38,024 nucleotides of DNA from positions 1 through 38,024 of the forward strand of contig JAHEIV010000001.1 of the NCBI GenBank assembly GCA_024639205.1. Direction: 5' to 3'. Both the position numbers and the translations under genes were made by a program. Below are positions 23,841-32,433 of the stretch, in pieces. The notes beneath the pieces were generated by a model that saw only the letters and a list, made by a program, of their open reading frames with translations, searched no databases and was not told the origin of the DNA. The stretch's first letter is position 1. Each line of letters begins with the position of its first letter. Source of the stretch: Deltaproteobacteria bacterium (GTDB lineage: Bacteria; Desulfobacterota; Desulfobacteria; Desulfobacterales; SG8-13).

Positions 23841-26141
23841 TTACGGACGCCCCTCTATGGCCTCCAGTATGCGGCGGCCGATCGGCTGCTGCGGATGTGC
23901 CGAAACCATCCGCTCGGCCACCTCCCTGGCTTTTCTCCAGCGCTGTCTCTTCAGATAAAAATCAGCCAGTGCAAAAAGAAATTCGAGGTTATCCGGCTCA
24001 ACCGCCAGAGCCGTACGCAGCGACTCCTCTGCTTTCTCATCTTGGCCGAGCTGCTGCTGCAGAAGCCCCAGATTGTATCGAATGCGAGCCCTTCCGGGCA
24101 GACCTTCTGCGGCAGTCCGCAGAAATGTTTCCGCTTCAACATACTGCTTTTCTTCCGCCAGCAGCAGTCCCAGCGAGTAATGGATCTCGAACAACTCGGG
24201 TTGGTCGGCGACCACTTCCCGGAGCAGCTGCTCGGCCGGTTGGTTTTTCCCCTCACGGTTGTAGTGCATAGCCAGATTGACCTTGGCGGGATAAAACCGG
24301 TTGTCGATGTCAATCGCTTTGCGGTAATTTTGCATCGCTTCGACCGGGTTCCCGAGTGCAGCTTCGAGATTGCCCAAGTTGTGACGGGAAGGGGCAAAAT
24401 CGGCGGTCCGTTCCATTGCCTGGCGGTATTCTGCCAGTGCGGATGAAAACTCGGCTCTCAACGATAACGGCAGCTGATCGGACGGCACAGCCGCCAATCG
24501 CTGCGATGCCTCCATCCGAACGGCTTTCACCGGATCATACAACAACGGTCCCAGCAGCGATACGAGAGAACCCGACTCTCTTTCGACAAAAAAACGAACG
24601 GCATTGTAGCGCACCAACGCCTCTTCGTCGTCCAACGCCATCCTCAGCGTCCGCGCACTTTGCTCACCGGAGTAAGCGGACAGGAGCGACAACGCGGTGG
24701 CCCGCACGACGGTTGGATACAGCCGATCGCCGGCCAGACGCACCAGATCGGCGACTGCCTCCGGATTTCCGCGACGCCCGGCAGCAAAAACCGATGCAAA
24801 GTGGGATCTCTTTCGTTGGCCGTACCATTTACCAACCGCCTCTTCAGACCAGCGAGCGGACTTATCCACATGACAGCGGTTGCAGGCGTTGGGCGTGCCG
24901 ATGCTCAGACTCAGATCCGGCCGCGGAATCCGGAAGCTGTGATCCGGTCGATAATCCACCCCCATGTAATAGCGGCCCGGCATATGGCACTGCTCACACA
25001 GTGCGCCGGAACCGACTTCAAAGAGCACTTCGCCGGCTGTGGATCGAATCGGGTCTCCCGCTTCGCCTTTTTTTTTGTGAAAATGGTGGTCTTTGCTGTC
25101 GTAAACAGCCGACCGGTGACACTGAAGACAGAGCTGATTTGCTTTCTTGATGCGACCGCCGCTGTGCACGTCGTGGCAGTCGCTGCATCGAACACCCCGG
25201 TCGTACATTTTACTCTGCAGAAACGATCCATAGACGTAAACCTCCTCGAGTATCTGTCCGTCCGCAAAGTAATATCCCTCGCCGAGCAGCTGGGGAATGC
25301 CGTAATCGAGGAAATCAGCATGCTGGTGAATGTTGTCCACCAGCGACATCCGGCGGGAATGGCATGGGGCGCAAAGCTCGATCTGCCGGCGGGGACTCAG
25401 GTCGCTGGTTTGAACCACCAGGGCTGCATTTTGAACCGGCGGCCGCGCCATGTCCGGCAGCTCGGCCCAGCGGATGTGGGCGGATCCAGGGCCGTGGCAG
25501 GCTTCGCAACCGACGCTGATCTCCGACCAGGTCGTCTGGTAGGTATCGCTGTCGGGATCGTATTTTTTCTGCAAATTGGTTGAATGGCATTCGGCACACA
25601 TGCCGTTCCAGTTCTGGGCATTGTTGGTCCAATAAAGCCAGTCATCCGACGCCGGCGGTTGGTCCGGGTAGATGTGATACCATCGTCGCTTGTCAACATC
25701 CCATGCGATGGGCAGGCACTGCAGGCGCCCGCCGGGAAAGGGCACCAGGAATTGCTGCAACGGATACCAACCGAAGGTGTGGGTGATCTCAAACTCGGCC
25801 GGCTTGCCCTCCGGCCCCCGGGTGTGAACGAAATAGCGGCCGTCTTTGCGGTAAAAGCGCGACGCATCGCCGTTGTGCTGAAAAACGACGTTACTGAAAT
25901 CGGCGCGAACGCTTTCTTCGCTCACTTCTGCCATCGCCCACCGGTGATGGGATACGGCCCATTTGTCATATTCCGACCGGTGGCATTCCCGACACGCATT
26001 GCTGCCCGCAAAAGCCGCTTGCAGACCGTCCGGTTCGGTCGGAAAACGGTCGGAGAGAACCCTCACTTTTACCAGATAAAGGGGACCGGATAGGATGATG
26101 ACAACGGTGGCAATAATGCCGGTTATTTTCCAGCGGTTCAT
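23841..26141 (-). CDS. membrane-anchored octaheme c-type cytochrome fused to HEAT/TPR-like repeats
   Basis: 766 aa with an N-terminal hydrophobic anchor (ITGIIATVVIILSGPLYLV). It has eight CxxCH motifs: CRECH, CAECH, CEACH, CAPCH, CSDCH, CLQCH, CEQCH, CNRCH. The C-terminal ~330 aa are helical repeats (for example AMQNYRKAIDIDNRFYPAKVNLAMHY and IHYSLGLLLAEEKQYVEAETFLRTA), typical of TPR. Confidence 0.9.
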   Translation of the reverse strand: MNRWKITGIIATVVIILSGPLYLVKVRVLSDRFPTEPDGLQAAFAGSNACRECHRSEYDKWAVSHHRWAMAEVSEESVRADFSNVVFQHNGDASRFYRKDGRYFVHTRGPEGKPAEFEITHTFGWYPLQQFLVPFPGGRLQCLPIAWDVDKRRWYHIYPDQPPASDDWLYWTNNAQNWNGMCAECHSTNLQKKYDPDSDTYQTTWSEISVGCEACHGPGSAHIRWAELPDMARPPVQNAALVVQTSDLSPRRQIELCAPCHSRRMSLVDNIHQHADFLDYGIPQLLGEGYYFADGQILEEVYVYGSFLQSKMYDRGVRCSDCHDVHSGGRIKKANQLCLQCHRSAVYDSKDHHFHKKKGEAGDPIRSTAGEVLFEVGSGALCEQCHMPGRYYMGVDYRPDHSFRIPRPDLSLSIGTPNACNRCHVDKSARWSEEAVGKWYGQRKRSHFASVFAAGRRGNPEAVADLVRLAGDRLYPTVVRATALSLLSAYSGEQSARTLRMALDDEEALVRYNAVRFFVERESGSLVSLLGPLLYDPVKAVRMEASQRLAAVPSDQLPLSLRAEFSSALAEYRQAMERTADFAPSRHNLGNLEAALGNPVEAMQNYRKAIDIDNRFYPAKVNLAMHYNREGKNQPAEQLLREVVADQPELFEIHYSLGLLLAEEKQYVEAETFLRTAAEGLPGRARIRYNLGLLQQQLGQDEKAEESLRTALAVEPDNLEFLFALADFYLKRQRWRKAREVAERMVSAHPQQPIGRRILEAIEGRP

Positions 26142-26142
26142 G

Positions 26143-26676
26143 TCAGATCTTCTGCGGGTATACCGCCTGCTTCTTGTGAAATACAGAGCGCTTCATGCGG
26201 ACGGCCGTATCGACTTTCACGATGTTGTTTTCGATGGAAACCGGAAATATGTCCAGCGCCCGGGGGGCCGGGGTATTTATCACGCTGCCGGAAATATCGA
26301 AGATCGATCCGTGGCAGGGACAGGCAAACTGTTTTTCTTTTTCTTCCCACGGAACACTGCAGCCCAGATGGGTGCAGGTCCTTGAAACCGCCAGGAATCC
26401 ACCGTCATCCAGACGCGACAGGTAAAACTGGCCCCGGGGGAAGGCGGTAACGGATCCGGGTTTGAATCGGTCCACCGCACCGGCTTCGATCACCGCTCCG
26501 AACTCCCCGCGGCCGGCCTGTGGTTTGCGGGGGTGCAGGAAGCTGGTGATCAGGTAGATGAGTTCGGCCAATGCCACCGCTGCGAGCCAAAACCACAGTC
26601 GGGTCAAAAAGCTGCGCCGCCGTTCCAATGGGTCGACGGCCTTGTCAATTTTCTTTTCCATTTTGTTTGCTTTCAT
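26143..26676 (-). CDS. Rieske [2Fe-2S] subunit of a cytochrome bc/b6f-type complex
   Basis: In frame with ORF 26143..26691 (TTG). The ATG is at 26676. It has a twin-arginine motif (ERRRSFLT), a TM helix, and Rieske boxes CTHLGCSV and CPCHGSIF. Its stop is separated from the downstream cytochrome c ATG by 1 nt. Confidence 0.88.
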   Translation of the reverse strand: MKANKMEKKIDKAVDPLERRRSFLTRLWFWLAAVALAELIYLITSFLHPRKPQAGRGEFGAVIEAGAVDRFKPGSVTAFPRGQFYLSRLDDGGFLAVSRTCTHLGCSVPWEEKEKQFACPCHGSIFDISGSVINTPAPRALDIFPVSIENNIVKVDTAVRMKRSVFHKKQAVYPQKI

Positions 26677-26712
26677 CCCAATCGGCCACAATGAAAATCG
26701 GCATGTATTTTT

Positions 26713-28101
26713 TCACCATGGCCAGACCAACAACATCCCCTTGCCCCTGAACCACAAGCCCGTGATGGTCAGCACAACGAAAGTCACTGTAAAGAAGACG
26801 AACACCGCCTGGACGGCTTCGCTGCGAAAAGCAGATGTCCGCCCTTTTACCAACCGGTAAACACCGACCGCCACTGCAAGCAGCAGGGTTGTCGGTAACA
26901 GCCCGCGGCCGATCTGTGGTGGCAAGTCGATAAACCAGCGTCCGGGTTTGATCATCCATTCATCCATAGCGATCAACACCGGTGTCAGCACGATCGCTGC
27001 AGCAGCGGTCTTCAACGCCGTATGCCGTCCGTATTGCGAGACAAACCAGACGCCGTCGATATTTTGGTTGTAGTTACCATACGGAATGCACACCAGCGCT
27101 GCTGCAACCAGAGCCGGGATGATAAACACCGCAAAGGTGGGATGCAGGTGCAGCAGCATTTCCTGCAAGCCGGAAAAATACCAGGGAGCCTTGGTCGGAT
27201 TGGGGCTCAGGCCCGGATTGGCAGGCTCTGCCAGGGGGGCATTGAAAAAAACTGACAGCATCATGACAACGGCCACCAGCACCACGGCCACCGTTGCCTC
27301 CCGAACCAGCAGATTCGGTATGGCCGGCACTCTCACCGGATCCGGGTCGGGATCATCTTTCGGTGCTCTGGGAACAACCAATCCGCCGGCTTTGCGCGTT
27401 CGCCAGAAGTGAAAAGCCATCAGCAAGCCCAAGGCCAGCGGCACGACTGCGGTGTGAACGGCAAAAAAGATCCGCAGCGTGGCCGGGCCGATTTCGGTTC
27501 CGCCGCGAATCGTCTCCTGCAGCTCGCCTCCGATTCCCGGTATGTATTCGAGCATGCCGGTGGACACCGTTATGGCCCAGAAAGAAAGCTGGTCCCATGG
27601 CAGCAGATAACCGGTAAGGTTGGCGACGAGCACCAAGCCGAACAGAAGCAGGCCGATGATCCAATTAAACTGGCGCGGCGGATGAAATGCGCCGGTAAAA
27701 AACACCCGCATCATGTGCAGAAAAATCACCAGCACCAGCAGGTTGGCACACCAGTGATGAAGGTTGCGAACCAGCAAGCCAAACGGCACCTCGGTCATCA
27801 GGGCCCGTATGGATTCATAGGCGGCGGTGGCGGTCGGCTCGTAGACGAACTTTAGCAACAATCCGGTTCCGATCTGCAGCAGCACCAGCACCGCAGCCAT
27901 TCCACCCAAACCCCACGTCAGCGACAACTTCAGGGTCTTCTCCGGTACCGTTGCCGGCCTGAAATGCAGCACCAGATGGGCGAAAAAATAGCGTCTGCGC
28001 TGCTGCTCCGTACGGGGGATAATCGGAACAGGGAATACGGACTGCCAGACCCGTCGCCGCAGGGTGGTCCTCTCTGGCATTGGAGTGGGTGGTGCTGACA
28101 T
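26713..28101 (-). CDS. cytochrome b (fused b6 / subunit IV-like, with a C-terminal extension)
   Basis: 462 aa polytopic protein. The heme ligand pairs are H-x13-H (HHWCANLLVLVIFLH) and H-x14-H (HTAVVPLALGLLMAFH), which is b6-type spacing. A PEWY-region-like segment (KAPWYF) is present, followed by further TM helices. Confidence 0.88.
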   Translation of the reverse strand: MSAPPTPMPERTTLRRRVWQSVFPVPIIPRTEQQRRRYFFAHLVLHFRPATVPEKTLKLSLTWGLGGMAAVLVLLQIGTGLLLKFVYEPTATAAYESIRALMTEVPFGLLVRNLHHWCANLLVLVIFLHMMRVFFTGAFHPPRQFNWIIGLLLFGLVLVANLTGYLLPWDQLSFWAITVSTGMLEYIPGIGGELQETIRGGTEIGPATLRIFFAVHTAVVPLALGLLMAFHFWRTRKAGGLVVPRAPKDDPDPDPVRVPAIPNLLVREATVAVVLVAVVMMLSVFFNAPLAEPANPGLSPNPTKAPWYFSGLQEMLLHLHPTFAVFIIPALVAAALVCIPYGNYNQNIDGVWFVSQYGRHTALKTAAAAIVLTPVLIAMDEWMIKPGRWFIDLPPQIGRGLLPTTLLLAVAVGVYRLVKGRTSAFRSEAVQAVFVFFTVTFVVLTITGLWFRGKGMLLVWPW

Positions 28102-28521
28102 CAGTTCTTCATATCAAATTCGGTGATTCCTGTACACGTCTAAGCTGCGCTTTCGCGTCGGTAAGGACACCGGGCTGCAGAAAGCACAGTGTTAGGGAGG
28201 TTGCCACCATAGGGGTTGAACCACCACCTCTACAAGTCGCATTCCTTCATTTGCACGGCGCACGCCTATATTCATAAGATTCGATGTGCGATCCGTCGAT
28301 ACGGGAACAGTCAGCGGCGCAGCTGTATATGGATACCGGGAATCACAAACCGGTTGTAACGCGACAAACCGGCGAGGGCGGCCTGCCAGAGGGGAGCAAA
28401 GCAATCAGTTGTGAGCGATCATAAGACAGTTTTTTTCCCTTACCGTGCAAGCTGATCTTCCGCAGGGTGGCAGCGCTTCTGATTTTCCAGCCTGGCTGAA
28501 AAATCGCATGACATGTTCGGG

Positions 28522-29712
28522 CTAACTTGCCATCAGGTGGGCAACAGCTTTTTCCAGGCCGTCGAGGGTGAGTTCGAACATGGGAAAAATCTCACCGATG
28601 ACGCTGGTGGTGCGGGTGTAGTGCCACGTGCGGGCGGGCAAGGGGTTCATCCAGACGCTGTGGGGAAACATTCTGGCCAGAAATTTGAGGCACTCGATGC
28701 TCGGCTTTCCACTTCGTTCCTCCAAGTGAATCGATCCGTCCGTTGCCATCAATTCATAAGGAGCCATGCTGGCGTCGCCCACGATGAACCATCGCATGCC
28801 TGGATCAGCACTGGCGAACTCCTCGATGCGCTTGGGCTTTCGAAACCGTGCCGGATCCTGCCACAGGGTGCTGTAGATCGTGTTGTGAAAGTAGTAGGTT
28901 TTTAACTCCTTGAACTGGGCCCTGGCGTAATCGAACAGGGTCTGCACCACCGGGATATGCGGATCCATGGAATAGCCGCCGTTGTCGATGGCCAGACAAA
29001 TCTTGAGACGATCCCTGAGACTGCGGTCGAAAACGATTTCGATCTCTCCGGCATTGCGCATGGTCTGATAGATGGTGGCATCGATATTGACCCGATCTTT
29101 CGGGCCTACCGGAACCAGGTTGCGAAGCCGTTTCAGGGCCTCGCCGACCATCGCCTGCGTCAGCGGTCCACTGAGAGAATAATCTTTGTATCGCCTGTCC
29201 AAGGCAACCTTAACGGCCGAGCGGTTGCGGGAGGTTCCCCCGACTCTCATACCGCCGGGGTGAAAACCGGAATGCCCCACCGGGGAAGTACCGCCGGTTC
29301 CGATCCAGCGGTCGCCGCCGTGGTGTTCTCCGGATTGCTCCTCGAGGCGCTGTCTGAAGTATTCAATCAGTTCGTCCGGGGTCAGGCGGGTCAGTTCGGA
29401 CTCGTCGATTCCCAAAGCATCGGCCAGCAGCCGCGGATCCTGCAACCATTGCTCCAGCAGTGTTCTGGCAATTTCATCCAACTCGATCCCGGTGGTGTCG
29501 GGAAGTTCAGCGCCTTGAAAAAAATGGGCAAAAACCTGGTCGAACAGATCGAAGTAACGTTCGCTCTTGACCAGTATGGACCGGCTGGCGGTATAAAAAT
29601 CGTTGAGAGAGGCAATCAGTCCGATGCGCAGTGCCCGCTGCAAGGTCAGAAACGAGGTCGGGCTTATGGGAATTCCCACCTCTCTGAGCGTATAAAAGAA
29701 GTCAACGAACAT
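28522..29712 (-). CDS. VWA domain-containing CoxE-like protein
   Basis: 396 aa. The N-terminus (FVDFFYTLREVGIPISPTSFLTLQRAL) and the C-terminal VWA-like region (KICLAIDNGGYSMD...WFIVGDASM) are typical of CoxE-like partners of MoxR ATPases. It lies 51 nt downstream of a MoxR gene. Confidence 0.82.
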   Translation of the reverse strand: MFVDFFYTLREVGIPISPTSFLTLQRALRIGLIASLNDFYTASRSILVKSERYFDLFDQVFAHFFQGAELPDTTGIELDEIARTLLEQWLQDPRLLADALGIDESELTRLTPDELIEYFRQRLEEQSGEHHGGDRWIGTGGTSPVGHSGFHPGGMRVGGTSRNRSAVKVALDRRYKDYSLSGPLTQAMVGEALKRLRNLVPVGPKDRVNIDATIYQTMRNAGEIEIVFDRSLRDRLKICLAIDNGGYSMDPHIPVVQTLFDYARAQFKELKTYYFHNTIYSTLWQDPARFRKPKRIEEFASADPGMRWFIVGDASMAPYELMATDGSIHLEERSGKPSIECLKFLARMFPHSVWMNPLPARTWHYTRTTSVIGEIFPMFELTLDGLEKAVAHLMAS

Positions 29713-29763
29713 TGGCTCTGTGGATTGGCGTTATGACGCTATCTGAAATCGAAACGCTCATAA

Positions 29764-30615
29764 TTAAAACAATATTTTTCGCTCCGTGATTTGTGAGGCC
29801 CGCCGCAGGTCTTCACTCTTTTTGAACAATACCCCCAGAAACGGAACATCCCCACTGGCCAGCTGCTCGGGTGCAAAATCCGGATCGACCATCAACGCTC
29901 GAATCCAATTGATCAGCTCTCGCGTGGCAGGCTTTTTCTCGACGCCTTCGATCTCTCGCAAGCGGTAGAACGCGTTGACGGCGCTTTCCACGAGCTTTGT
30001 GTCAAGGTCCGGAAAGTGAACGGATAGAATGCGGCGCATCATCTCGGGATCGGGGAAGGCGATATGGTGAAAATTGCACCGCCCCAAAAAGGGATCCGAC
30101 AGGTCCTTTTTGGCATTGGAGGTGATGACGATCACCGGACGGTGGATGGCTGCAATCGTCCGGTCTATCTCGATGATGTCGAATTCCATCTGGTCGAGCA
30201 CATCGAGCATATCGTCCTGAAAGTCCGTATCGGCCTTGTCAATTTCATCGATCAGCAAGACACAGCGAACATCGGCGGTGAATGCCTGCCCGATCTTGCC
30301 CATTCGAATGTAAGCGGAGATATCACTCACGTCCCGTTTCGAATCGCCGAAGCGGCTGTCATTGAGCCGCGTGAGCGTGTCGTATTGATAGAGAGCATCC
30401 ACCAGCTTCATACTCGATTTAACGTTCAGCACGACCAGGGGCATTCTCAAACTTTCAGCGACAGCGTGGGCCAACATGGTTTTACCGGTTCCCGGCTCGC
30501 CCTTGAGAAGCAGCGGCATCTCGAGGGCCCTGGAAATATTCACGATACTTGCCAGCTCGTCGTCGAGAACATAGTGGGTCGCACCGGCAAAGCGCTTCTC
30601 TCTGTCAATTGCCAT
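29764..30615 (-). CDS. MoxR-family AAA+ ATPase
   Basis: 283 aa, with AAGGAAGG upstream of the ATG. It has Walker A (LLLKGEPGTGKT), Walker B (VLLIDEIDKAD), and sensor/arginine regions (VIVITSNA, FLGRC). Confidence 0.9.
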   Translation of the reverse strand: MAIDREKRFAGATHYVLDDELASIVNISRALEMPLLLKGEPGTGKTMLAHAVAESLRMPLVVLNVKSSMKLVDALYQYDTLTRLNDSRFGDSKRDVSDISAYIRMGKIGQAFTADVRCVLLIDEIDKADTDFQDDMLDVLDQMEFDIIEIDRTIAAIHRPVIVITSNAKKDLSDPFLGRCNFHHIAFPDPEMMRRILSVHFPDLDTKLVESAVNAFYRLREIEGVEKKPATRELINWIRALMVDPDFAPEQLASGDVPFLGVLFKKSEDLRRASQITERKILF

Positions 30616-30647
30616 TGCTGCCTTCCTTTTATAATACCCGTTTCAGC

Positions 30648-31718
30648 TTACCGTGTCTGTCTCAGCCGATCGGACACTTCCCGTGTTAACCGCAACACTT
30701 TGACGGCCAGCTCCGGCGGCAACGAGCCCGTTCCACAGCTAGGCGTAATCAATGACTGTGCCTGTATGACAGACCGCCCGATTCCCATTTTCTCCAGCAC
30801 GTCGGCCTTGGCGTGCCATTGCTCCAGAAGCGATTCGGCAGTTTCCCTGGAAATATTTTCTTGCTGGTGAGTGGGAACGATTCCCCAGGCCAGAATGTTG
30901 CCCGCATTTATGAATCGAATGATCTGCTCCCGATAAAGAGCAAAGCGGTCGAAGTAGTCATAGGCATCGAAACTGATTATGTCCGCTGCCGTGTCGAGCA
31001 CCAGTGACCAGTCGGTGTTGGCGCAGACGTGCACCCCTGCCAGGCCACCCTCTTCGTGAATCGCTTCCACCACCTCATGCAAACAGGCCAGAATTTCTTC
31101 GCGTGAAATACTGATGAACTCCGAAGTTCCGTAGCCGGCCAGGGCCGGCTCATCGCAGAAGATTAAAACAGGCCGGTTGAGCGCCGCCAGTCCGCGGATC
31201 TGCCACCGGGCTTTCATGGCGAGTAATTTAACCCCGGCGTCCCGCAACTGGTTGTCATAAAATATCGCTGAATTTTGCTCATCGTGAATCCCGGTGCAGA
31301 AAGTAATCGGACCGGTCACCTGGCCTTTCACGGCCAGCGGCGAATATGCATCGGTCTGCAAGCACTCCAACAGCGCTGTAAATCCCCTGGCCTTGAGATC
31401 GTCCAGCACAAAGCGGGATTCATTCAATTCCTTGCCGTCTTCCATCACTGCCATATACTCTTCATAAAAGGAAAGAAGTTCCCCCTCGTATTGCGACGAG
31501 GTTCTATCGACAAATATCCGCCCCTCATCGGATCGGAGTCCGGGCAACCCGGTTGCGAACTGTGGCACCATCAATTCTTCCGGATATGCCGGCAGCTGCA
31601 CCCACAGCGGAATGGAAGGCGTAAATTCCAACATCAGTTCGGTCGCTTTAGCGTGATCCGTCAGGGGAAGGCTGCCAATCAGCAATGGATGACAGTCTGC
31701 TTTGAATGGTTCCGGCAT
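30648..31718 (-). CDS. cobalamin-independent methionine synthase (MetE C-terminal, Meth_synt_2)-like zinc enzyme
   Basis: 356 aa, with GGAGAA upstream of the ATG. MetE-like signatures are LLIGSLP, IFCDEPALAG, the HVC zinc ligands (GVHVCANTDW), and a distal Cys (ITPSCGTGS). Confidence 0.75.
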   Translation of the reverse strand: MPEPFKADCHPLLIGSLPLTDHAKATELMLEFTPSIPLWVQLPAYPEELMVPQFATGLPGLRSDEGRIFVDRTSSQYEGELLSFYEEYMAVMEDGKELNESRFVLDDLKARGFTALLECLQTDAYSPLAVKGQVTGPITFCTGIHDEQNSAIFYDNQLRDAGVKLLAMKARWQIRGLAALNRPVLIFCDEPALAGYGTSEFISISREEILACLHEVVEAIHEEGGLAGVHVCANTDWSLVLDTAADIISFDAYDYFDRFALYREQIIRFINAGNILAWGIVPTHQQENISRETAESLLEQWHAKADVLEKMGIGRSVIQAQSLITPSCGTGSLPPELAVKVLRLTREVSDRLRQTR

Positions 31719-31760
31719 CGGTTTTCTCCGGTCCGGCGCCGTCGGAGCGCCGACGTTTAC

Positions 31761-31782
31761 TTCATGATGATATCATCATGAA
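31761..31782. promoter_or_regulatory. perfect 22-bp palindrome (candidate operator)
   Basis: TTCATGATGATATCATCATGAA is self-complementary over all 22 nt. It lies 43 nt upstream of the MetE-like gene's start codon. Confidence 0.4.
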
Positions 31783-31809
31783 TCCATAAGACTATCACCA
31801 GTTTACCGT

Positions 31810-31828
31810 CGATTGCAAGCTGCAATCG
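31810..31828. promoter_or_regulatory. 19-bp palindrome (8-bp arms, 3-nt spacer)
   Basis: CGATTGCA-AGC-TGCAATCG, in the same divergent intergenic region. Confidence 0.3.
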
Positions 31829-31869
31829 AATCCGTTGGTGGCGAGTGCCTTGCCTGTCGTGCGTAATGA

Positions 31870-31898
31870 TTGACACGTCCCCGTGCCGGTGCTATAGT
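31870..31898 (+). promoter_or_regulatory. candidate sigma70-type promoter for the Cys-rich protein / tatA operon
   Basis: TTGACA (31870-31875), a 17 nt spacer, then TATAGT (31893-31898), about 110 nt upstream of GTG 32011. Confidence 0.45.
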
Positions 31899-32010
31899 CC
31901 GTTCTTGTCCAAGTGGTGGATGGGGACAAGTTTTCTATCTGATTGCAACAGGTTACCAACCATCAGGCGGTTCCCGATCGGCCGATGGAGGCCGCTAACC
32001 AAGGGGCAGT

Positions 32011-32424
32011 GTGGCTGACATTATCCCCATAGACGAGCGACTTGCAGATGCCAGGGGAAAAAAGAAATCTCTGGACCGCAAGCTGAAGATCCGGGCCGTC
32101 CAGAAGATCTTTCAGTGCACCCGATGCGCTTTCAAATGCGAAAAATGCGGCACGCAAATAGAACCACGCCCGCAGAAAGAGTGCAACGAACCAAAGAGCC
32201 GTCAGACCGTGTTTCGCCTTTGTGAAGAATGCCGGCAAGAATATCTCGACTACATCCGCTGGCAAAACGGTCGACCGGATTCAAACCCCTACTGGCGCAA
32301 CGATGCCTGGTGCGAACTCTGGCGCAGTTGGATCGCCTATCAGAAATCGATCGAACGGTACATGAAGTCGCGAGAGTTCCTGCAGCTTCTGCATGAGCTG
32401 AAAAGCAACAGGCACGATGAATAG
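32011..32424 (+). CDS. Cys-rich (zinc-ribbon-like) hypothetical protein
   Basis: 137 aa. The GTG start is preceded by AAGGGG. Motifs are CTRCAFKCEKC and CEEC. The C-terminal half is Trp-rich (WRNDAWCELWRSWIAY). It ends 9 nt before tatA. Confidence 0.65.
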   Translation: MADIIPIDERLADARGKKKSLDRKLKIRAVQKIFQCTRCAFKCEKCGTQIEPRPQKECNEPKSRQTVFRLCEECRQEYLDYIRWQNGRPDSNPYWRNDAWCELWRSWIAYQKSIERYMKSREFLQLLHELKSNRHDE

Positions 32425-32433
32425 GAGGCGTGT

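Noticed and set aside
31815-31845. tRNA-like TCGAATCC T-loop sequence
   Set aside because: The flanking bases cannot form a T-stem or acceptor stem. The TCGAATCC is part of the 19-bp palindrome region. No cloverleaf could be drawn here or anywhere else in the window.
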